From the NCBI GenBank assembly GCA_016705245.1, contig JADIYM010000004.1:175167-239166 (forward strand): DNA of 64,000 nucleotides. The letters are read 5' to 3'. Of the stretch, positions 54,350 through 64,000 are shown piece after piece. How positions within the stretch are numbered: position 1 is the stretch's first letter; the number at the start of each line of letters is the position of its first letter. The position numbers and the translations under genes are program-made. The stretch comes from Blastocatellia bacterium. Lineage in GTDB: Bacteria; Acidobacteriota; Blastocatellia; UBA7656; JADIYM01. A model generated the notes under the pieces. The model worked only from the letters and a program-made list of their open reading frames with translations, was not told the origin of the DNA and searched no databases.

Positions 54350-55227
54350 TGCTTCATGACGCCTCGCTCCCGGCGGTGCTGAACGGACACGCCACTTTGT
54401 GACCAGGCGCGACCTCGACGAGCTCGGGTTCAAACGACGCGCATTCCGCCCGGACAATGGTGCAGCGCGTGCGGAATCGGCACCCGGTCGGAAACTCGAG
54501 CGGGTTCGGTACATTGCCGGGAATGACGTTCAGGGTCTCGCCGCGGTGCTCGAGCGACGGCAGCGACTGGAAGAGGGCTCTCGTGCATGTCGAACTCTTC
54601 CCGGAGGTCGTGCAGCAGGTCGAGAATCTGCGACTGAATCGTGACGTCGAGCGCGGTCGTCGGCTCGTCGGCGATGAGCAGCTTCGGCCGGCACACGAGT
54701 GCCATGGCGATCATCGCCCGCTGTTTCATCCCGCCCGAAAGCTGATGCGGGTATTCGTCGACACGCTTCTCCGGCGACGGAATACCGACGCGGGAGAGCA
54801 TTTCGATGGCGAGCCGGCGTGCGTCGGCCTTCGACGCGCTCGTGTGGCGCAGGATGGCTTCCGTGATCTGCCGGCCGATAGTGAGGATCGGGTTGAGCGA
54901 CGTCATCGGCTCCTGGAAGATCATCGAAATATCGTTGCCGCGGACGTCGCGCATCTCCGCTTCCGAGAGTTTCAGGAGGTCCCGGTCCTCGAAGACGATC
55001 TCGCCGCTCTCGACGCGTCCGGGCGGCACCGGGATGAGACCCATGATCGTAAAAGCCGTGACGGACTTTCCGCATCCCGACTCCCCGACGACCGCGACCG
55101 TCTCGCTCGGGAATACCTCGAACGACACCCCGTCGACGGAACGCGCGACGCCGTCGGATGTGTGGAAATACGTCCGAAGATCCCGAATCGCGAGCAGCGG
55201 CTGTGTTGCCGGTTCGGGGCTGGTCAT
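54346..55227 (-). pseudogene. oppD: OppD/DppD-like ABC ATP-binding gene with an internal deletion of roughly 40 codons plus frameshift (H-loop region missing)
   Basis: The N-terminus through Walker B and [13 protein letters not shown] is intact. The expected ITHDLGVVAE...AGRIVE...HPYT block is absent. The C-terminal region [34 protein letters not shown] resumes in another frame. Confidence 0.6.
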
Positions 55228-56375
55228 CGCTGCGTCCTCGGGTCAGCGGCGTCGCGAAGGCCATCGCCGAACACGTTCCAGGCCATCACGGCGAGGAAGA
55301 TGAAAACTCCGGGCGTCAGGATCCACCAGTAGTCGGTCAGATAGCGGAGGTTCTGCGCGGCCTGCAGCATGTTGCCCCACGAGGCTTCCGGCTCCTGCAC
55401 ACCGACGCCGAGGAACGACAGCGCGACCTCGCCTAGAATGTAGAACGGTACGCTCAGCGTCGCGGTCACGATGACGAACGAAAGCGTGTTCGGAAGGATG
55501 TGCTTCATCACGATCCACATCCGGCTGAACCCGAGCGCCTGCGCCGCGATGACGTACTCCAGTTCCTTGATCGAGAGGACCATGCCGCGAATGACGCGAG
55601 CTATCGAGGCCCACCCGATGAACGAGAGGATCAGGATGATAATGAGGTAGAGCTGGGTCGACGAGAGCTCGGCGCCGAAACTTTGCCGCAGGACGAGTAT
55701 GAGGTACAGGCTCGGCAGTGCGAGGATCAGCTCGACGAGTCTCATCAGGCCGAAGTCGATGGCCCCGCCAAAGTAGCCCGCCACTCCTCCGATGAGCATT
55801 CCGATCGACGTCGAGATGAGGATGCCGATGATGCCGACCGAGAGTGAGATGCGTCCGCCGTAAAGAATCCTCGAGAGGACGTCTCGGCCGAACTGATCGC
55901 CACCGAACAGGTAGAGTCGGCCAGGCTCGTCCACACCGAACAGATGCGTCCGTACCGGGAGAACCCAGAGCAGGTCGCATTGGGCGCCCTGCACGAAGAA
56001 GCGGATCGGATAGATCTTGGACGTGTCCTCAGCGTAGACCGTGTTGTACGGATCCGAGATCCTCGACTCGGAGATGAAGGGCCGCCGCCAATTGCCCTCA
56101 GAGTCACGGATGTGAATTCGACCGAGAATGTGCGGAGGATGGAATGAGCGGTAAGAGTCCTGCGTCTCGTAGGTGTACGGAGCGACGAATCCCGCCAGGA
56201 TCGCCAGCCCATACAGCGCGACGAGAACCCAGAGTGCCGTCATCGCCGTGCGATTGCGTCGGAGCTTGAGCCAGAGTATCTGCCACGGGCTGCGGTTGAC
56301 GACAACGGACGACGTGCCGTCGCCGGCGTCAGGCGGCGCGATCTGCGGCTCGATCGGCGTGAGGTTCGCGGCCAT
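55224..56375 (-). CDS. oppC: oligopeptide ABC transporter permease (OppC/DppC-like)
   Basis: 383 aa, 6 TM, N-terminal extension typical of OppC. Stop overlaps the oppD start. Confidence 0.85.
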   Translation of the reverse strand: MAANLTPIEPQIAPPDAGDGTSSVVVNRSPWQILWLKLRRNRTAMTALWVLVALYGLAILAGFVAPYTYETQDSYRSFHPPHILGRIHIRDSEGNWRRPFISESRISDPYNTVYAEDTSKIYPIRFFVQGAQCDLLWVLPVRTHLFGVDEPGRLYLFGGDQFGRDVLSRILYGGRISLSVGIIGILISTSIGMLIGGVAGYFGGAIDFGLMRLVELILALPSLYLILVLRQSFGAELSSTQLYLIIILILSFIGWASIARVIRGMVLSIKELEYVIAAQALGFSRMWIVMKHILPNTLSFVIVTATLSVPFYILGEVALSFLGVGVQEPEASWGNMLQAAQNLRYLTDYWWILTPGVFIFLAVMAWNVFGDGLRDAADPRTQR

Positions 56376-56378
56376 CGG

Positions 56379-57368
56379 CTACTCCAGTCGGATTCGCGGA
56401 TCGACGACCGCGAGCAGGATGTCGGCGAGCAGGTTTCCAACGACGAGCATTACGGTGACCATCACGATCGAGGCCATGACGAGCGGCTCGTCCTTGTTGA
56501 TCAGTGCATCCACCGTCAGGCGGCCCATGCCTGGCCACGAGAAAACGAACTCCGTGATGAACGCGCCCGACAGGAGGTACGCGAACGAGAAGCCGAATAG
56601 CGTGATGAGCGGATTGATCGCGTTGCCGAGCGCATGACGGAAGAGCACCGTTCGGAGCGAGAGGCCCTTGGCTTTTGCCGTCCTGATGTAGTCCTGCGAG
56701 AGCGTCTCGATCATCTCGGCTCTCATCTGCCGCATGTACTGCGCCATGCCGATCGTTCCGAGCACGGTCGCCGGAAGACAGAGATGCCACAGGACGTCGA
56801 CCGTCTTCTGCCACGGCGACATGAAGTCCCAATACACCTGATCGTGGAGTCCCCCGGCCGGAAACCAACCCGTTTTCGCCGCAAACAGCACCATCAGGAG
56901 CGAGAAGAAGACGCTCGGAATCGACAGGCCGACAAACGAGACTCCGCCCGAAATGCGGTCGATGAGGCTGTCCTTTTTCAGTGCCGAGAGAATACCGAGC
57001 GGGATAGCCAGTCCCCACGAGATGATCAACGCGCCGACCGCGAGCAGGAGCGTGTTCAGGATGCGATCGCCGATAAGCGACCATACACTCGTCTGGAACT
57101 TGAACGAATATCCGAAGTCGCCGGTAATCACGCCGGATAGCCAGTACCAGTACCGAACGAAGACGTTCTCGGTGTCGAGGTGGTACTTGGCGCGGAGGAA
57201 CTCGAGTCGGTCCGGCGTCATGCTCGGACTCTCGGACAGCGTGGTGAAGTAGTCTCCCGGAGACGCGATGAGAAGAGCCTGCGTGATGAACGTCACCGCG
57301 AGGATTAGCGGGAAGATCGCGAGCACGCGGCGAAGCAGAAACGTCTTCATTGGCGTTGCGGCCCCCAC
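56379..57368 (-). CDS. oppB: oligopeptide ABC transporter permease (OppB/DppB-like)
   Basis: 329 aa. The MKTFLLRRVLAIFPLILAVTFITQALL N-terminus is typical of DppB/OppB. Confidence 0.85.
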   Translation of the reverse strand: MGAATPMKTFLLRRVLAIFPLILAVTFITQALLIASPGDYFTTLSESPSMTPDRLEFLRAKYHLDTENVFVRYWYWLSGVITGDFGYSFKFQTSVWSLIGDRILNTLLLAVGALIISWGLAIPLGILSALKKDSLIDRISGGVSFVGLSIPSVFFSLLMVLFAAKTGWFPAGGLHDQVYWDFMSPWQKTVDVLWHLCLPATVLGTIGMAQYMRQMRAEMIETLSQDYIRTAKAKGLSLRTVLFRHALGNAINPLITLFGFSFAYLLSGAFITEFVFSWPGMGRLTVDALINKDEPLVMASIVMVTVMLVVGNLLADILLAVVDPRIRLE

Positions 57369-57399
57369 GCGCGCGTTTGCACGCGCGGGGACATACGGT

Positions 57400-59223
57400 C
57401 TACTTCTTCAGGTAGAGCTCTTCGATGTTCCAGTAGGTAAAGAGCGGCAACGACGACGGTCGCAGGTTCCCCACCTTGTTCTTGACCGCCACGAAGTAGT
57501 TGGGGACGAGAAGGTCGATCTCTGGAAGATTGTCGGACCAGAGGCGCTGTACCTGGGCGAACTGCCTTTTCCGCTCCGCAAGATCGAGCGTTCGGGCATT
57601 CGCCGACATCAGGTCGTCAATCTGCTTGCCCCATTCGGTCGCGGGGGTCTTCTGAAGCGGGTAGCTGTAGAAAAGCATGCCGCTCGTCGTCACGATGTTC
57701 TTCATGAGTACGGGGTCCGGTGGATTGCCCGACTGCCACCCTCCGATCACGGCAGCCCAGTCGAACGTATTCTGCAAGGCTTCGACCATCGAATTGAACG
57801 GAATGCCTTGGAAGTTGACGTCGATCCCGACGGCCCGAAGGTTGTCCTTGATCACCGTGGCGGCACCGACGCGTGACGAGTTGTTGCTGTTCGTGACGAG
57901 TCGGAACGCACACTTGTGGCCGCTCGAGTCTTCGGCGATGCCGTCACCATCGCGGTCCTCGAGGCCGATTTCCTTCAGCAACGCCTTGGCCTTTTCGACC
58001 GAATAGTCGTATTCGATCGAGGCCTCTTTGTCGTACCACACCTTGTTCGCTGGCGGGCAGAACGTAGAGACGGGCGTACCAAGCCCCTGATACGAGGTGT
58101 TGATGATCGCCTGCCGATCGATGGCATGCGCGATGGCCTTGCGGAACTTCACATTGCGGAACCACTCGCCCAGGACGGGATCCACGTAGTGTTTGCCAGT
58201 CTTATCCTTGTTGGGATTCTGGTTCACCATGATGTAGAGCACGTTGTAGCCCGGTCCGAGCTCGTGGACGGTGTAGTCGCGTGCCTGTTCGTCGCGCTTC
58301 AACAAGCCGAATTCCTCCGGTCGTACGTTCCAGTGCATATCGACTTCGCCGTTCTGGAAGACCGTGAGCATGGTGTTCATGTCGGGAACGATCCGGAAGA
58401 TCACGCGATCGAGGTAGGGCAATCGCTGACCCTTCTTGTCGACCTTCCAGTAGTACGGATTGCGCTCGAGGACCACCCGCTGCTCGGAAGCGAACTCCTT
58501 GAGCCGGAAGGGTCCGAGGCCGACGACGTCTTCGGGCTTTGTGTCGATTGTCAGAGCTCGCTCGGCGAACTCGCCCTTCTTGTAAGACTCTTCCCACTTG
58601 TGCTTCGGAACGAGGTACGTCGATCCGACATTGTCGAGAAAGATCGCATTGGGCTCGGTCAGCGTGAATCGGAACGTGTGGTCGTCAATCACCTCGACCT
58701 TGGGCAACGTCTTGTCGGTCTGCATGAAGGCGCTCTTCATGGAGCTGTCGATCTTTTCGTCAAAGGCCACGTCGTAGTTGAACTTCACGTCGTGAGCCGT
58801 GAACGGAGCTCCGTCGGACCACCGTACGCCCTTCCGCAGCGTGAACGTCCAAACGAGGTTGTCGTCCGAATGCACTATCGACGTGCACAGCCCGTTGTCG
58901 ATCTTCTGCTCGACGTTGTCGAATCCAAGCAGCGTCGTATACATCGGACCGTTCGTAATTCCGGTCGTCGACGTCTCACCGGCGAGGAGACCATTGAACG
59001 ATTTCGGGTCCTGTGCGGTCGGGATGACGAGCATGCCGCCGTACGTTCCGGGCTCTCCCTCGAAGATGAATGGCTCATCAGGCTTTTCACCTTCAAAGGG
59101 CGGATTTGGAACTCCCGTCGGTCCCATGGCAGCCGGACCAGTGGGGCCAGCTGTCGGACCCGTGCAGCCGGTCGCTACGCAGAGCGTGGTCGCGAGAGCA
59201 AACGCGATTGCGCGCATGTTCAT
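57400..59223 (-). CDS. oppA: ABC transporter substrate-binding lipoprotein, family 5 (OppA/DppA-like)
   Basis: Start MNMRAIAF. Lipobox ATGC. About 600 aa SBP_bac_5 architecture. Confidence 0.8.
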   Translation of the reverse strand: MNMRAIAFALATTLCVATGCTGPTAGPTGPAAMGPTGVPNPPFEGEKPDEPFIFEGEPGTYGGMLVIPTAQDPKSFNGLLAGETSTTGITNGPMYTTLLGFDNVEQKIDNGLCTSIVHSDDNLVWTFTLRKGVRWSDGAPFTAHDVKFNYDVAFDEKIDSSMKSAFMQTDKTLPKVEVIDDHTFRFTLTEPNAIFLDNVGSTYLVPKHKWEESYKKGEFAERALTIDTKPEDVVGLGPFRLKEFASEQRVVLERNPYYWKVDKKGQRLPYLDRVIFRIVPDMNTMLTVFQNGEVDMHWNVRPEEFGLLKRDEQARDYTVHELGPGYNVLYIMVNQNPNKDKTGKHYVDPVLGEWFRNVKFRKAIAHAIDRQAIINTSYQGLGTPVSTFCPPANKVWYDKEASIEYDYSVEKAKALLKEIGLEDRDGDGIAEDSSGHKCAFRLVTNSNNSSRVGAATVIKDNLRAVGIDVNFQGIPFNSMVEALQNTFDWAAVIGGWQSGNPPDPVLMKNIVTTSGMLFYSYPLQKTPATEWGKQIDDLMSANARTLDLAERKRQFAQVQRLWSDNLPEIDLLVPNYFVAVKNKVGNLRPSSLPLFTYWNIEELYLKK

Positions 59224-59427
59224 GGCATCGATCTCCCGTTCGGTTGAGGTGAGGTGGTGTGAACCGAAATCTGTCGCAAGATACCACAGCGTCCAAACGA
59301 GCGCCAAAAGCCGTGATCGCGCCTTTGGAACGCCTCGCGCGTTGACTCCACGGACCGAATGGAAGTATCAACGGCAACCAGAGGGCGCCTTTTTCCTCAT
59401 CTCATCCAATCCCATGCGAGTATCGCC

Positions 59428-61038
59428 ATGACTGACGACGTAACGTTGGACGGCCCGGACGGTCAGGATGCGGGACTTCGCGCACGGAGCAACTTCCTCG
59501 ACTTTCTCAATGACGTGCGTCCGTCAATGTTCGTCGAAGAGTCGTTGACGTGGCTCTTGAGGACTCAGCCGCCCTTCCACGTGCAGGCTTCCGATGTTGC
59601 CGAGCTCATTGCGGCGTGGGGTGAGGAGCGCTCCAGGCTCTCGCATCAGCCACGAAGCGTCTACTTTCTGAATGCGCTGCAACGTATCGTCGATGCGCAT
59701 CGCACGAACGCAATCCACGACTTCGATCCGGACGCGTTCCTCGCTGCAGTCGGTCCGAGTCTGGCAACGCTGTGTCCTTCGTCGGAAGTTGGCGGCCTGC
59801 ACGCGGGAATTCGCGACCTTCGGACGGCGATTTCGCGTCCGGCTGCTGTCGCGCCCGACGAGTCCGCCGGCGGTGACTCGATCGTGATCCAGGGGGCCAG
59901 CTATCCCCTCAAGGTCGGGCAGGAGATGGCGATAGCGCGGCTCGAACACGAGGCATACATGACGGACGACGTCTTCGAAGATGTCTTTCGCGATGTGCAG
60001 TCGGCGCTTTCCACGCGGGTCGGGATCCCCGTCCACACGGCGCTTCAGAGGATTGCGCGTGCAGCGGCGAGCATCTTCAACACCGGTCGCGTTCCGCAGG
60101 CGCTGCGGTTGTTCGCCTTTGTCGACGAGTCGTTCGGCCGTCTCAAGATCTCGCCGGAAGGACGGCTCGAGGTTCAGGCCGCGGTGCGAGAGTCGGACAT
60201 CAACGAGGGGCTGCTCGCGAAAGTCCTGCAGGACTCGGAGCGACGAGATGCCTCGGCGCCGATGGTCCGGACGCTGGGGTATCTGAACCCGTTCGATGCG
60301 TTGCTCGTGTTGGCCGAAGAGAAGCGTCGCGACCGCCGCCGCCTCTACCTCAATGCGTTCGAGGTGTACGGTGCGGACGCCATGCCGCTGCTCGTCGACC
60401 GGCTCGCGCCATCGGTCGTCAGTGCGCAGCCTTGGTACCTGACTCGCAACCTGCTCTACCTTCTGTCACGGATCGACGCCCCGGACGAGGGGACGCGGCG
60501 TCGCGCAATCGAGGCAGTCGGTCGCTTCGTGACGAGCGATCAGCCTCAGCTGAGGACCGCGGCGCTCGCCGCGCTCAAGCACCAGGGGGGACGCGAGGTC
60601 GTGCCTTACGTGGTTCGCGCCCTCGATCCGTCGGCTTATCCCGCGGGATCGATCGACGATACGGAAGCGCTCAAGCGCCATCTGTTTCAGGCCATGGACC
60701 TGCTCATCGAGAGCGGCAACGAGACGGCCATCTCAATCGTGGCGGAGCTCGCGACCGGCCATCGCGGCGCCGAGTTCGACCTCGGTGCCGCGCTCCGTGA
60801 TGAAGCATGTGTTGCGCTGTCGCGACGCAAGGCACCACTTCCGCGCCGCGCCGCGCTCGTCATCGCGAATCAACTGTCGTCTCAGGTCGGGAAGCGGTTC
60901 AAGTTCGTGACGGGCAATTTCTCGCTCGGCATCGATGCCCACGCGTGCAAGCAGCTCAGTGCGCTCATTGCCGACTCGCCGGAGCCAGAGGCTCGGGACG
61001 TGCTCGCCCATCCGCTGATGCTGAGGTTCCTGGAGTAG
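59428..61038 (+). CDS. hypothetical protein with C-terminal HEAT/ARM-like repeats
   Basis: About 536 aa. Repeated alpha-helical units near RRRAIEAVGRFVTSDQPQLRTAALAALKHQGG. Confidence 0.45.
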   Translation: MTDDVTLDGPDGQDAGLRARSNFLDFLNDVRPSMFVEESLTWLLRTQPPFHVQASDVAELIAAWGEERSRLSHQPRSVYFLNALQRIVDAHRTNAIHDFDPDAFLAAVGPSLATLCPSSEVGGLHAGIRDLRTAISRPAAVAPDESAGGDSIVIQGASYPLKVGQEMAIARLEHEAYMTDDVFEDVFRDVQSALSTRVGIPVHTALQRIARAAASIFNTGRVPQALRLFAFVDESFGRLKISPEGRLEVQAAVRESDINEGLLAKVLQDSERRDASAPMVRTLGYLNPFDALLVLAEEKRRDRRRLYLNAFEVYGADAMPLLVDRLAPSVVSAQPWYLTRNLLYLLSRIDAPDEGTRRRAIEAVGRFVTSDQPQLRTAALAALKHQGGREVVPYVVRALDPSAYPAGSIDDTEALKRHLFQAMDLLIESGNETAISIVAELATGHRGAEFDLGAALRDEACVALSRRKAPLPRRAALVIANQLSSQVGKRFKFVTGNFSLGIDAHACKQLSALIADSPEPEARDVLAHPLMLRFLE

Positions 61039-61062
61039 GCCGGGCGAGCCACCCGCGCGACT

Positions 61063-61163
61063 CCGTGTCTCTGTGACCCTGTGCCTCTGTGTGCGAAGCT
61101 CCTCAGATCGTCTCAAGAGCTTCGCACACAGAGACACGACGGCACAGAGGCACAGAGATCACG
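61063..61163. repeat. long hairpin (hairpin family copy E) between convergent genes; arms of ctctgtg / cacagag units
   Basis: gtgtctctgtgaccctgtgcctctgtgtgcgaagctcctcagatcgtctcaagagcttcgcacacagagacacgacggcacagaggcacagagatcac. Confidence 0.6.
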
Positions 61164-62382
61164 GAGTCGATGCTCCCGATGCCTTCGCCCGATCCGTCCA
61201 CCGAGCCGCCACACCCGCCAGTCCCTCGAAGGCCGCCTCGAGCACTGGCACGTCCGGCAGGTAGACGATCCGCATGAACCCGTCCTTCGGATCCATTCCG
61301 AATCCCGACCCGTGAACGAATAACACGCCAGCGGATTCGAGCACGTCGAGCACGAACGTCTCGTCCGTCTCTCCGCCGAGGTTGCCGAACTTCGCCATTA
61401 CATAAAAGGCGCCGGCGGGCTCATCGCAGCTGAACCCCGGTATCGAGTTCAGTCCGCTTACGGTCGCCGCACGTCTGGCTCGAAGCTTCGTCATCGCCGC
61501 GTCGAGATGCGAGCCGTCCGAAGCGAGCGCCACGGGAATCGCGAACTGCGGCGGCGTCGGGCTGCACAGCCGCGCGTCGAGTATCCGGCAAAGCGCCGCC
61601 TTGTACTCGCCCTGCAGGGCCTCGCCGTGCAGCGATAGCCAGCCAACCCTCCAGCCAGTTGCAAGAAACGCCTTCGAAAGGCTGTCGAATGCCACTACGG
61701 GCACGTCTCCGGCGATAGAGGAAATCCGCGGAGGCCGAGGACCGTACGTCAGCGTGTGGTACACCTCGTCGGCGAAGATGACGAGCTTGTGACGGCGCGC
61801 AAACTCGATCACCGAGAGAAGCGTTGCTTCGTCCCACACCGCGCCGGTGGGGTTGCTCGGGTTGATGATGACGATCGCGCGCGTCCGCTCATCGACGAGC
61901 GATTCGGCCTGTTCGAGATCCGGCTTCCAATGATCTTCGGGCACCTGTCGATACTGACGCTCCTCGGCATTGAGCTTGCACAACACTGCCGAGTAGAGCG
62001 GATAGCCGGGCATCGGCGTCAGCACATTGTCGCCAGGTTCGAGCATCGCCGTCATCGACGCCTCTATTCCCTCGCTAGCTCCCGACGTCACAAAGACGTC
62101 ACCCGGCGCGACGTCAACGTTCTGAACCTCCAGCGAGTTTGCGATCGCCTCGCGCGCGATCGGGACGCCATAGGACGAACCGTAGTAGTTCTTGCCATCG
62201 CGCATCGCCTGCACCGCGGCCTCGACGAGCGCCGGAGGCGTCTCGAAATCGTAGAGCAGCGGATCGCCGATGTTCAGATAGAGAATTCGACGCCCCTTGG
62301 CTTCGAGGGCAGCCGCCTTCGTGGCGATATTGCGTATGGCATACTTCAGGCCGGCGATACGAGAGGCTGGAGATACGTGCAC
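61159..62382 (-). CDS. alaA: pyridoxal-phosphate-dependent alanine aminotransferase (class I/II)
   Basis: About 408 aa from a probable GTG start (VHVSPASRIAGLKYAIRN). PLP-lysine block SLSKAFLATGWRVGW. The long upstream ORF extension to 63051 was rejected. Confidence 0.8.
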   Translation of the reverse strand: MHVSPASRIAGLKYAIRNIATKAAALEAKGRRILYLNIGDPLLYDFETPPALVEAAVQAMRDGKNYYGSSYGVPIAREAIANSLEVQNVDVAPGDVFVTSGASEGIEASMTAMLEPGDNVLTPMPGYPLYSAVLCKLNAEERQYRQVPEDHWKPDLEQAESLVDERTRAIVIINPSNPTGAVWDEATLLSVIEFARRHKLVIFADEVYHTLTYGPRPPRISSIAGDVPVVAFDSLSKAFLATGWRVGWLSLHGEALQGEYKAALCRILDARLCSPTPPQFAIPVALASDGSHLDAAMTKLRARRAATVSGLNSIPGFSCDEPAGAFYVMAKFGNLGGETDETFVLDVLESAGVLFVHGSGFGMDPKDGFMRIVYLPDVPVLEAAFEGLAGVAARWTDRAKASGASTP

Positions 62383-62478
62383 GTTACGATCCTTTCGGAA
62401 TTGAGCTGCCGAACTCGGCGATTGTAGATGGAAATCAAGAGAACGGAAACTCGCGCGATCGATCGGGCTCGCGAACGG

Positions 62479-63264
62479 ATGGCCTTGACCTCTGTCCTGG
62501 CATTCCTGCTCGTGACGAGTGTCTCCTGCACGACCGGGACCGAGCCGGCTCCTCAAACCAACGCGAACGAGAACTCCACGGCGACCAACACCGCCGCGCA
62601 ACAGGCCGATACCGGTGAGCAGGCCTACGGACGCGCGGCCATGCGACTCCAGATCAAGTACATCCCGAAGCGCACCGTAACCGGCGGCGTGGCATTCGCC
62701 ATCGACGCGCCAGGCGGGCCGATCGTGCTCACGTCGGCGCACATCATCGCGACTATGGGCAATGGCAAGAAGCTCGAGTCGGTTTCGATCGTGGATGGCG
62801 TGACGCGCGAGCCCGTCTGCAAGACACTCGGGGTCGTCTGGGCGGGCAAGACGTTCGAAGGATTCGACTTTTCGAAAGACGTGACCGCGCTGGCGGTCGA
62901 GGATTTGCCCGAGTCGATCGTGAGGCTGAAACTCGCCACCGATCGACCGGCAATTGGAACGCGTGTCCGAATTCTCGGGATTCCGTCTGACGGCTCGACC
63001 ACGCAGGTGTCGATCGACGGCGTCGTCACCGTCGCCACATCTCTTCGCCACGAGATCGACATCGATCCGACGGTGAAGGGCCGGGGGCTTGCCGGCTCAC
63101 CAATCGTGCTCGAAGCGACGGGCCAGGTCATCGGAATCGTGCAGGCCGTCACGGCGAAGCAGGGCCGTGCATTCGTGATCGCCACGCCCGCCGAGGCCAT
63201 CCTCAGGCTCGTGCCGACGGCCAAGCCTGAGATCCAGCCCATCTCGGTCTGGACTGGTCAGTAG
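62479..63264 (+). CDS. trypsin-like (S1/chymotrypsin-fold) serine peptidase lipoprotein
   Basis: Signal/lipobox MALTSVLAFLLVTSVSC. LTSAHII His block. GLAGSPIV is a GDSGGP-like Ser block. Confidence 0.6.
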   Translation: MALTSVLAFLLVTSVSCTTGTEPAPQTNANENSTATNTAAQQADTGEQAYGRAAMRLQIKYIPKRTVTGGVAFAIDAPGGPIVLTSAHIIATMGNGKKLESVSIVDGVTREPVCKTLGVVWAGKTFEGFDFSKDVTALAVEDLPESIVRLKLATDRPAIGTRVRILGIPSDGSTTQVSIDGVVTVATSLRHEIDIDPTVKGRGLAGSPIVLEATGQVIGIVQAVTAKQGRAFVIATPAEAILRLVPTAKPEIQPISVWTGQ

Positions 63265-63308
63265 GCGCAACAGTCCGTCGCGGCATCCGGCGAGTACGAC
63301 GCAGCGAG

Positions 63309-63692
63309 TCAGCTCGTGCGGTGCACGAACGTCCGGTCATTGCCGTCTGAGAACCTCACGTCGACGCGATTCCCGCGCACTTCGATCACCCGACCTCGTC
63401 CGTATCTCGTGTGGCTGATCACTTCGCCCTTGTCGAAGTGGACATCCGGCGAGTAGGTGCGAGCCGGCGATGTTTCGTCGGGCATCTGCGACGCCGCGGT
63501 TCGACGCGTCCTCGTAGTTCCCGCCGCCTTCTTCGCGGTCGTCGCTGGATCCTTGTAGGCCCGCGTCGACTGACAGTAATCACACTGAACGCGTTCGATG
63601 CGGCCGTCCGCACTGATGGCCGCAACGGTGTGGTACCGCTCGACCTTGCATCGTCCGCAATAAACGTCAACTTGTTGCCCGAGCTTCGCCAT
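63309..63692 (-). CDS. hypothetical zinc-ribbon protein
   Basis: Start MAKLGQQVDVYCGRCKVERYH. Second pair CDYC. About 127 aa. Confidence 0.4.
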   Translation of the reverse strand: MAKLGQQVDVYCGRCKVERYHTVAAISADGRIERVQCDYCQSTRAYKDPATTAKKAAGTTRTRRTAASQMPDETSPARTYSPDVHFDKGEVISHTRYGRGRVIEVRGNRVDVRFSDGNDRTFVHRTS

Positions 63693-63705
63693 ACCCGGGA
63701 TTCTG

Positions 63706-64000
63706 TCAGTTATCGCGCGGAACCGCCAGCATCCGTTCGAGAGATCGTCGCGCGCCGACGAGATCGTCCTCGGGCACGGTGACTTCGTGCTCGAGATTGA
63801 CGAGGGCATTTTTCACGTCCTCGAGGGTCGTGACCTTCATGTACGGGCAATGCAGGCGGCATCCGATGCAGCCATCGGCCATGACGAATTCGCGTCCCGG
63901 GTACCGCTTTCGAAGCTGATGGATGATGCCGTTCTCGGTGGCGATGATGAACGTTTTCGCCTCGGGATATTTTGCGGGCACTCCCATCATTGCCGTGGTC
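63706..64000 (-). CDS. nadA: quinolinate synthase A, C-terminal part (gene continues beyond the window end)
   Basis: FIIATENGIIHQLRKRYPGREF...CIGCRLHCPYMK matches the NadA C-terminus. The N-terminus lies past position 64000. Confidence 0.7.
   Translation of the reverse strand, partial: TTAMMGVPAKYPEAKTFIIATENGIIHQLRKRYPGREFVMADGCIGCRLHCPYMKVTTLEDVKNALVNLEHEVTVPEDDLVGARRSLERMLAVPRDN

Noticed and set aside
53317-59307. Calling the opp-like system a dipeptide (dpp) versus oligopeptide (opp) versus nickel transporter
   Set aside because: Family-5 substrate-binding-protein specificity cannot be assigned from sequence alone. Only a generic opp/dpp-like call was kept.
62383-63051. N-terminal 220 aa of the 630-aa ORF containing the aminotransferase
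   Set aside because: Arg-rich nonsense that overlaps the well-supported trypsin-like peptidase gene on the other strand. The aminotransferase homology begins at VHVSPASRIAG, a GTG start near 62382.

Overview
High-GC (about 65-68%) bacterial chromosomal segment. Gene content (split pntAA/pntAB/pntB, several sigma-54 two-component pairs, a 7TMR-DISM kinase, oligopeptide ABC system) suggests a soil Acidobacteria/Gemmatimonadetes-like organism, but this is an inference from gene content only. About 60 protein-coding genes, tightly packed and mostly housekeeping or accessory. They include: truncated hemoglobin; proton-translocating transhydrogenase; cardiolipin synthase; a PAS hybrid histidine kinase; MscL; an APC permease; GNAT acetyltransferases; hemolysin-III channel; an HDAC-like deacetylase; a pseudokinase-FHA protein; an MBOAT plus SGNH-like O-acylation pair; a beta-CASP RNase; rhodanese SseA; an NtrC-like regulator; AstE/AspA-family hydrolase; an AI-2E transporter; the ybbA-ybbP/tesA cluster; an MBL-fold hydrolase; an NtrY/NtrX-like pair; a MacA/MacB-like efflux pair; a 7TMR-DISM hybrid kinase; a large S8 subtilase; a Hanks kinase; an opp/dpp-like ABC operon; alanine aminotransferase; a partial nadA. 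No rRNA, tRNA, CRISPR, transposase or integrase genes were seen. Two non-coding repeat systems were found. (1) A dispersed MITE/REP-like family with about 32-bp terminal inverted repeats (core gagccgcgagcggtagcgagcgtcccacggacgg), present at 6 or more intergenic loci, often composite, and once as a tandem array of about 208-bp units downstream of mscL. (2) A family of six long imperfect hairpins, mostly at gene 3' ends. Their arms are built from tandem 7-8-nt repeats, and the stem is kept by compensatory changes between copies. At least eight genes carry single-nucleotide frameshifts, several at homopolymer runs. I read these as sequencing or assembly indels rather than true pseudogenes. An oppD-like gene with an internal deletion of about 40 codons and a hybrid kinase ending in a receiver-domain stub look like genuine decay or rearrangement. 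Candidate under-described proteins are a macro-domain fusion with a possibly SUFU-like C-terminus (7715-8863), a zinc-ribbon pseudokinase with tandem FHA domains (20975-22891), and a membrane-anchored FtsK-gamma winged-helix protein (19505-20043).
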